Positions 6,876-15,800 of a stretch of 40,668 nt of DNA are shown here, piece after piece. The position numbers were made by a program, and so were the translations under genes. A model generated the notes under the pieces. It had not been told where the DNA came from and did no database searches. It was given only the letters and a program-made list of their open reading frames with translations. Source of the DNA: a virus; the IMG/VR virus record IMGVR_UViG_3300038306_000113, positions 1 to 40,668 of that record, one strand, 5' to 3'. Position 1 is the stretch's first letter. The number at the start of each line of letters is the position of its first letter.

Positions 6876-9800
6876 CGAAGGCCGCACGCGCCTTCTTGTT
6901 GAATGCGCGTGAGAGGGATAGCGTATCTTCCTCTAAGATGCGCCTAGCCTCCCCCTTCGCAGTCTTCATCTTACGCCAGTTGGCTTTGAGTTTCTTGTCC
7001 AGCTCCTTCAGGTCGGACTCCATGTCGAGTACGGCGCGGTTCTCAACCTCAAACTTCGCGATCTCGTCCTCGTCGCCGTCCTCCTGGCGCTGCTTGAGGT
7101 CTTCAAGGGTGTAGTCGATCTCCGTTGTGGCACGCCTGGTAAACCAAGCTGTCTTTTTGTCCGCGTCGGCTGGCATCATCGCACGAATAATCGGGAATGC
7201 TCGCCCAGCATCCCCTAGTTGGCCTTCCATGAGGGCCATAAATCCGTCCCATACTCCAGCGACATCCTTCCCTGTTCCCCCAAAGAACGAGTCAACCGCG
7301 TGCCTCATCGCCTCCGGTGTGAAAGCCTCTGTAATGGGGCCACTTGGTCGAGTCTCTGTGCCCCCGCCAATATCTGCCAGAAACTTAGACAGCGCAACGT
7401 ATCGGTCAGGGGTGTTGGAGTAAGCACGCTGCCAAGCGGGGCCGGGAGTTCGGTCGCCCGCCCGTGGCTCGGGGGCGATCTTGCTGCCCGTGAACCGCGT
7501 GTTTGACAGGATATCGACCGGGATGTCAAGGATTGATGGGGCTAGGATACGGGCCACATCGGCAAGGGGGTCGCCCCCTTCGCTTATACTGACGCTGCCA
7601 AGCGGAGAGAACGAGCCCATAAGGGAATCAACCATCTGCGCCGAGGCTTTACCCACGGATTTTCGTCCCGTAACGACTTCGGCAATCTTGCGACCGAACG
7701 TTGGGATGACGTTTAGCCCGTAGGGGAGCTTCCACCCAGGGATCGGGTTCCCACCTGGGTTGGGGACGTAGAAGTTCCTGTCCTTGCGGTACTCAGCCTC
7801 GGAGTCCCATGCGTTGTTCCCGTCATCGTCATCGCCTGCGGTCATCCACATCATTATGTCGTAGATGGCGGCAAGTACAACGCCAGCAGCAGCACGCTTT
7901 ACAGCACGCCTTGCAAACGTCTTGCCCATCTTGCCCGCCAACTCGCGGTTGGCTATCGACTCACCGAGAGCCGCCTGACGGATGCGCCTGTTGCCAGAGA
8001 TAGCCGCAGAGACAAACAGGTAGTAGGGGGCGATACTGCGAATCCACTTCCCGCGCATGTCGAAGTTGACAGTCATCTCTTTTGCGTAGATGATTGCCTC
8101 AACCTCGGGCATACCTGCCTCCTCAACCAAGTAGGAGAAGGTTGCGAGGCGGATACCGTTCTCGACTGCCTCGTTCCAATCCTCCAAAAACTCGAAGGCT
8201 TTAGTAATGGCCTTGCGGGTCTTCCCGTACTCCTTGCTCTTGAGTTCGCCCTCAATAGCCGCCTGTATGGAGTCCATGTCGCCACCGAAGAACCACCCAG
8301 CCTGACCACCGAGTTCTAGGAACCGCTCCGCACGCCTAGACCAGGCCGTCTTCTTGCCCTTCTGGTAGTCCCTAAAGCCCATGAGGGCGGCGGGTTGCCT
8401 GCGCAGCACTCCAGCCGACGCCGCAGCGCCGTGGTCAAGCTCAAGCATCGTGAGCCCCATTGTTGTATCCCGTGGCGCGTTGCTCGCGAGCATGAATGTC
8501 ACCGACCGGCTCGTCCACAAACTCCCTATGAAGCGCGTAATCATTACCACCCTGCGGGCAGACGTACCCATTGCTCGTCCAGGCGGACCGTTCATGGCCT
8601 CTGCCATGCGCTTATGCTTAGGGGTCATCACGACCCAGAACTGCTTCCCGTCACGCATAACGGGGACGGCGAGGTCGGGCCGCTCGATGCGGGCGTCCCA
8701 TACCTCGCGCATGACCATGCCAGAGTTCGACGCAGAATCCTCCTCAATCTCGGCCTTCGTAGCCATCTTCACAGATGAGAGCGAGCCCTCCACAACGGCC
8801 CACACATCGGGGTCTGGGTTCTCCTCGGCCATCCTCAAGAACTCACGCCCAACAATCGCGGCGTGGCGATCCTGCAAACCCTTGGTGGCGTCCATGATCA
8901 TGTTTTTGATCACGTTGTCAGGGCGGGAAGACCGACCCCGGAATCTCTTGCCAAGCATCGCCTTCGTCCCGTAGCCCCCGGCCCTGGAGAAGCTGCGCTT
9001 GCCCTTCATCGCATGTCTGAAAGACGAGTAGTCCTTCCAGCCCATGCCGATGATTGCATCGTAGAGTTCCTGGGAGATCAGCCCGTCGCGGAGTTTTGCG
9101 TCTAGGATCTCGCGCTGCACCCTACGGTTCCAGTTGCGAAGCTTGCGGTACATCTTACCGTCTGGGCCGGTCAACTTCTCGCGCAAGAACGCCCGCGCCT
9201 CGCTGGTGGGTACGCCCGACGCTGGCTTGACTTCGTGGCCCCACCCATCACGCGCCTCCTTGGCGAAGTCGCCCGCTGCGGGGTCGGCCTCACGCCTAGC
9301 CTTGAGGGCTGCGTTCCGAGCTGCTTCGTCAGTGTAGCTCGCGATATGCTTCGGCTTGCCGCCCTTGACCGCCTGCCATATCTGGTAAGGGCGAGCCTTC
9401 TCAGACATCTCCTTGAGGTCACGCTGGTATGCCGTCTCGTTGCGTTCCTCGGACCCAGTCATCTCGATGAAGAGGCTCGCCTCGTCTAGCGTGATGCGGT
9501 CGCCTGTGATTTTGACGTACTCTGAAACCAGCGCATCAACGACAAGCTTAGACTCATGCTGCACCCTACCCTTGCTACGCATCTGGGCCTTGGAGAAGTC
9601 CGAGTAGTAGAGACGCTCATCTTTCGAGAGTTCTCTGGCCCTCTTTCTAACGGCGAAGAAACTGTCCTCGATGTTCTGCTGGAGTTCGTCAGTGGTTAGC
9701 CACTCACCCTCCTCACCGGAATCTTCGGATGGGGTGATCGCGTCTAGGTCCGTAGAGGGCTCGCCCGTATTCACGCGGATGTCGGCATCAGGGAACTTAG

Positions 9801-12800
9801 CCTTGGTGTCGAGGACTAGCTTGTCGAAGGCAGCGCCCTCGCCGTTCATGTGGATCACCGTGTCCACGCGCCCTTCTGGAGCTATGCTGAAGCGGGCGCT
9901 CGATGTGTCGCCCATCTTCGGGTTCTTAGCAAGGACCAGCGGCCCCACCTGGATCACCTCGTCCGCACCCTCGACCAGCTCGTGGGTCTTGCGGTCATAG
10001 AAGTACCCGTGGCGCTCAGGGTCCATGCCCACCTGTATCCAGGAGGGGTCATTGAGGGCTTCCTCGGCTAGGGCTTTCGTCTCGGCGGGGGTGCGCGGGA
10101 GCCAATCTCCACGGATCATCGCGAAGGGGTCTTTAGACTTACCAGCGGCGATCTTCAGCGCGGCTTTCTCCGACATGCGGAACTCAGCGTTGGTTACCGA
10201 GGCGACGGAGCCGTATCCGATAACCTTCGCGGCACCCTTGCCAACATGGATCGTGGGAACCCAGACGCCGTGCCTAGTGTACGCGGGGATGTCCAAGCGC
10301 AGACCGACGCGGGTGCCTTCGGCTACAGCGTCACCGGCTCCAATCTTGTCAGCCTTTTTGCCGAGCGCCCGCTTCATGTCGGCGTTGCTGGCGGGCTCGG
10401 GAACGTGGTCATAGGGGCGCACAGGCTTGTACTCATCAACGAGGGAGCGGAACTGCTCACGGGTTGGGGTTCCACCTGCGGCCATCTTCTGCGCGGCTTC
10501 GGTGAGTTTGGGGACGCGCCCCTTTGGAGCTATGCTGAACATGGGCTGGCCCTGCATCACCGAGCCCTTCATCTTCTCCGTTATGGGGAGAGAGTGGACG
10601 GCTTGCGTGTCGGGAGTCTTTTGGGTGGGCGCCCCAATCTCCGCAACGAATGCTCGCGCCTCCGCTTCGGTGGCAAACTCCCCGGATTCCCCTGTGTGTT
10701 GGTCATCAACGAACCACACACCTCCGCGCTCCCACACCTCTGGGGCCGACAGGGTGGGCTGCTTTGTCCCCACGCCCATCAACTCCACCTTCCCCACCTT
10801 CGCGCCGAACTGCTTGCCCAGCTTGTTCGCGATCCCCACTAGGCGGCGGTCATACGCAGCCTTCATGCCTTCGCCGCCGATGGTGAGATCGTCGCCCTCA
10901 AGTTTGCCTGAAGGTGTAGCCATGATCTGCGCGGCCATAGATTTGCCAACGATCTCGGAGAGCGTCTTGCCCTCGGCTCCGGGCGAGGACGAGCCCTCAA
11001 CCACAGTGCCATCCAGGTTGAAGCTCTCCGCGAAGGTAGAACTGCCGTCTTTTATGGCGTTGACCAGGATCGTGTCGCCCTCGCCGTATGGTCGCCACTC
11101 GATGCTATCCACCTTCTGGCGCAGTCTCGTCGAGTACCGCTCGATCTGCTGCGTTCCCGTGGTCCACGCTACTTGGTCGAACCCGTTCTCTGCGGCCCAG
11201 CGGATAGCGCGGCGCATCGCGAGCTTCTCCCAGGAGGTCTTGAACGGGGCATCGGGGACTGCACCAAGCTCCAAACTGCCGTCCGCGATATCATGGAAAC
11301 GGTTCAAGTCGAGAGTATTGGAGGCTCGCGTCAACTCCCACAAAAGCGTCCACGCCGCCTCGGCGTTGGGGTTGCTTTCAGTTAGTGGGTCACGCTGTAA
11401 CTCGTCTATAGCGGACCCAAGTTCTTCATTTGACACTGCCCCCGTAGTCATGGGCGGGCTGGCCGAGGCCACATCCGTAACGTCCTTTCGGAGGGAAGCG
11501 TAACTGTCGATAGTTCCTTTGTACCCCGACTCCGCCCCTTCTTGGTGCCAATCGCTCTGGATCTCCTCGATGAAGAGCACCTTCTCCCCGTTAGGTCCGG
11601 TGCGCTCGTTGAAGCGGATGTGGGCGAGGACGTTGGGCGTGTCGCCGTAGTGGCCCTCCGTGTAGGCAGGCGCTGACCTGGGGACCAGCTTCTTCGTGCC
11701 AAATGAGGCGTCCGATTCCGCCTTTGTGGCGTATCCGATTTCGGACCAACTCCCGGTAGCGGTCACGGGATACCACCGGCCATCTCCGTAGATGTTTTGC
11801 CGAGACTCCACCCACTTGCCAGCCTCCTCCACCATCTCGATCCGCTCGGGCAGCGTGAGCAGCAGTTCCCGGTAGTTCTCTCCACCGGGGAGTTGGTAGC
11901 TGCCGTGCTTTGGAGGCCCCTCGCCTTCGCTCATGCTGGGGTCTAGCCCGGCTCTGAGGTCTTGCTCGTACATGGACTCCGCGACCTGCTCATAATACTC
12001 CCGCAAAGTCTCGGTGAGTTCCCCCCGCGATTCCCCCACCATTAGGTCGCCCTGGTAGGTGTGGAGAAGTTCCCCATTCTCGTCGTAGGCTACAAACCCA
12101 CCGTGATCTTCAACCTCTTCGGACAGGTACAGGGACTCAAGGACTCCATCAACCCACTGCTTGCGCAGGACATCCTCGTCCGCTGCGCCCCCTAGTACCT
12201 TCTCCCCTACCACGATGGCATTCTCACGGACGAAGTCGCGCACCTCGTCGATAGGGATGTGCGTCTCGGGGTAGCTGTCGATCCAATCCTCGAGCAGCAT
12301 CCACTGCATCTCTTCCTTGTTCGCCCCGGCGTCTAGGAGTCGAGACATCAACTCCTTCTTGTCGGCGCTGCCACCGGATAGGTCCATAAAGAACCTGGTG
12401 GTCTTCGCTTTACCTTTGCCGATTCGGCCCACCATCTGCTCGAGCGCCTCCTCCGTGTTGGAGTAGAAGCCAAGCTGGGACTGCGGGGCGATAGAGAAGC
12501 GGATGTCGGGGTTGTTCTCGTCGAAGGTGCCACGGTTGCCCGTTGCGCTTTTGATCTGAGTGGGGGAGAAAGCGACCCAGGAAATGCTCCCCTTGTCCTC
12601 CATGGCGTTGACGTATCTAAACCCATCGAATCCCTTCGTCTTTAGGAAATCGACTGGCATTATCAGGTTGTTGGCCCTCTCGGCGGCGCTGTACTCCTCT
12701 GGGTACAACTTCTTGACCAACTTGTGGAGTTGGGCAACATCACTAGCCTCCTTGTCCGTGACATCAAGGGGATTTTGGATCGAGAGGTAAACGGGATAGA

Positions 12801-15800
12801 ATGACTCGCTCCCTGCCGTTCCGGCCCTCTTGGCTGATCGTCCAAGATACATACGCATCCGATCCTCGGCTGCCTGCTTCGTCCCAAAATGCGACTCGGG
12901 GTTGAACTCAGAGAACCCGCCTGGGGAGGTCCCATGGTAGACCACGAGCGGCTTGCCATCCGCATCTACGACCGCGCTCTGCTTGAACCACTTCTTGAAC
13001 TGCGGCGTGTCCTCTTGTGGAGCTACGCTGAAGCGGATGTCAGGGTCGAGAAAATCTCGCACATCGCCCCTTGTAGAGAAGGGCGTAATGAGAAACTCTC
13101 GTCCTGTGCCTCCAGCCCAAGTGAACCCCCCCGACTCTAGGGCGTCGGCCCGCTGGGGGGTCATGGGGACCGCGTGAGTGCTTATGCGGGCAAGGCGACC
13201 ATCGGGATGGCGGTAGTAGGCAGACCCACCCTTGCTGCGCTCAAGCGTGTATCCCTCATTTCGGAGCCCACGCTTCGCTAGGCGTGCAAGACTAGCCATT
13301 CGCTTCGGCGTCTCTGGCTCTGCCATCATGCGCTCGTATTCTTCGTCATCTTTGCGCTCGCGTTCAGCAATCCTAAGACGCAGCTCCTTCGCCTTCTTTG
13401 CATTCTCGCGGGAAACCTTACGCCGATCCATCCACTCTTTTGAGTAGGGGGGGAGTGCTGCGAGCTGATCCTCGAGGTCGGAGATCAAACGGCGACGAGC
13501 TTCAGTCCTACGCTTATGTTTCTCCGTCCCCTCTACGCCACGCCTAACTGCATCGCGCTCTGATTTTCGCCCGCGGCTCTGTTCCCGGTGAAGCTTCTCG
13601 GTAAGCTCCGCCCTTTCGGCGTCTGCGGGAGCTATGGAGAACATCGGTTGCCCACCCTCGTCGTAGTACGGCTCTGAGCCGCGCTTGGCGCTCTCCTCGC
13701 GCTCTGCGGCGATAGCTGCGGCCTCTTCGGCGCTAAAGCCTAGAGCCTCAAAGCGGGACGCCTCACTTGCCCTAGTAGACGCTTCACCTCCCCTAGTAGG
13801 GTTGCGCTCTATGAAATCGCGAACCACATCGACCGCGTTTGAGTCTACTTGCGCTTGCTCCTCGGATGCGATCCAGCCATCCTCTTCCATCTTGCGAAGA
13901 AGCGCGTCAGGCTCTAGCCCCTTAGCCCCGATAAGGCGAGGGAATCCGGGAGGTAGCCCGCGACGGACTTCAGGCCCGCCCTCTTTGTTGGTGAACTGGG
14001 AGAGATCGCCACCGGGGTCAGCGATTCCGCCAACAGCTCGAGCCCAATGGATGAAAGGGGAAGACTCGGAAGCGGCTACGTCTGTGCGCTTCTTGGCTAG
14101 GCGCTCCTTAGCGGCCTTGCTCTTGCCTGCACGCTTCTCGGCCTCTGTCTTCTTGCGGGGAGCTGCGGGCTCTTCCTGCGTGTCCAAGATGCTCGTCTGC
14201 CCCTTCGCCCCAGTATCCTCTTGGAACATGGCCCCTTGAGCGCCACCGTCCTCGACAATCTCGCCGCGAGTGCCCTCTTTCTCGGCTGTCTCTCCAAACA
14301 TGTCAGGTGCGGTGCGGGGCATGGACGCGACCTCCCCTGCGGTTGGCTCACCTTCGATTTGTCCCCCGTCCTTTTTGGGCGCGACAATCTCCGCCACCGT
14401 CACGATCTCCGATGCCTTCCTGAACTCGGCGGGGGTCGGGCTTCGCATCACGTCAGCGATGGCGCTGGCGAACGCCATGATCTCTTCGGGAGATGCGCCC
14501 TCTTGGAGTTCCATAGCGACAAGCCTGTCCACCAGGGCTCGGCGCTCCTTGCCCGCCGTGGTCTGAAGGTTGAAGCCGGGGATCTTGTTCAGTACGGCGA
14601 CAACGTAGTCCCGTAGTGTGCGGGCCTCTGTAACGCTCATAGCCGCGACTAGCGCGGGATTCCGTAGAGTGAAGTCTACGAGACTGTGGAAGTCACCTGC
14701 GCCCTTAGCGAAGCCCTCATCGGCAAGGAAGGCATCCGTCTCTGAACCGGGAGGCATGCCCTCGAACGGGTTCACGCCACCGTTCTCAGCAGTCCTGTCG
14801 GCAACGTATCGGTCCACCTTGGCCTGGAATAGCGCGGGGAAGTGCTGCTGCGCTAGAGCGACTGTGCGATTGAACGCCTCAGAGCCGCGAGGGGCGCTGT
14901 TGTGCTGAAGCTCGTGCATAACCGTGCCCCGCAAGGCATCGTCCACGCGGTTTACATCAAGGGCAATCGCCCCGCCTGCGGCCACCCCGTCGAACGTGAG
15001 TGGTGAACCCGCGTCTACAAGGGCTATATCGGGGACCGTTGAGGGGTCTTCGCGAACTTCGCGCAAGAGCGCGAGATAGTCCCGCACCTCCCTCTCACCC
15101 CGACTAATGGGCTCATCTTCATCCTGCTCCTGCGCGTTGGATTCCGCAGTCAGCACGCGCACCTTCGCATTAGGGACGTTGTTCTTCTTCTTCAAGCCCT
15201 CAGCGACTTGCTCTGGTGTCAGGGCCTCTTCGCCTTTAGTCTCCGGGACTTCAAGGGCACTCCCCAAGGTGGCGCGTCCCTCAGCGGCCTTCGCGGGATC
15301 TGCCTTGACCGGGGACAGTTCGTGGAACTCGCTCAGGCCGTCCGGGTTGGCGCGAGCGTTCTCCAGCAGAATGCCTGCGGCTTCCTGGAACTCTGCGGTG
15401 ATCTGGGCGGCGTAGTTCGTTGCTCCCATCTCTGCGGCTGCTGCCTCGCGGTGGGCGATGCGCTCTAGCCTGTCTTCTATCTGCTCGGGAGTTGCGCGGC
15501 GGTAAGCCTCGCGCATCAGGCGCTTGGTTTCAGCGGTGACCTCACCGGCCCGAGCGCGGGTGTCGATCTCAGAAAATAGCGCGGTCGCCTCGTCACCCTC
15601 GTTCCCCTCAAGGACTCTGTTCGCGGCACGGGGATCACGCGAGTCGCTGGCAACTTTGACCGTAACGCCCGCCGAACTCAGGAGCCCACCGACAGTCATG
15701 CCCAAAAGGCCAGCATGAGCGGCGTCCCTGAAGTTCTCACCCAAACTCTGTTTGTCAGCGTATTGGATGATGTGCTGTGAGAAAATCTGTTCCAGCGGGG

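Noticed and set aside
10427-11503. A 358-aa + strand ORF, and many other + strand ORFs of 60-230 aa between 6845 and 17364.
   Set aside because: They are antisense to the giant gene and to the 435-aa gene just upstream of it. Their composition is Ser/Pro/Ala/Arg-rich shadow sequence, they have no SD or motifs, and they would break a continuous, well-supported operon.
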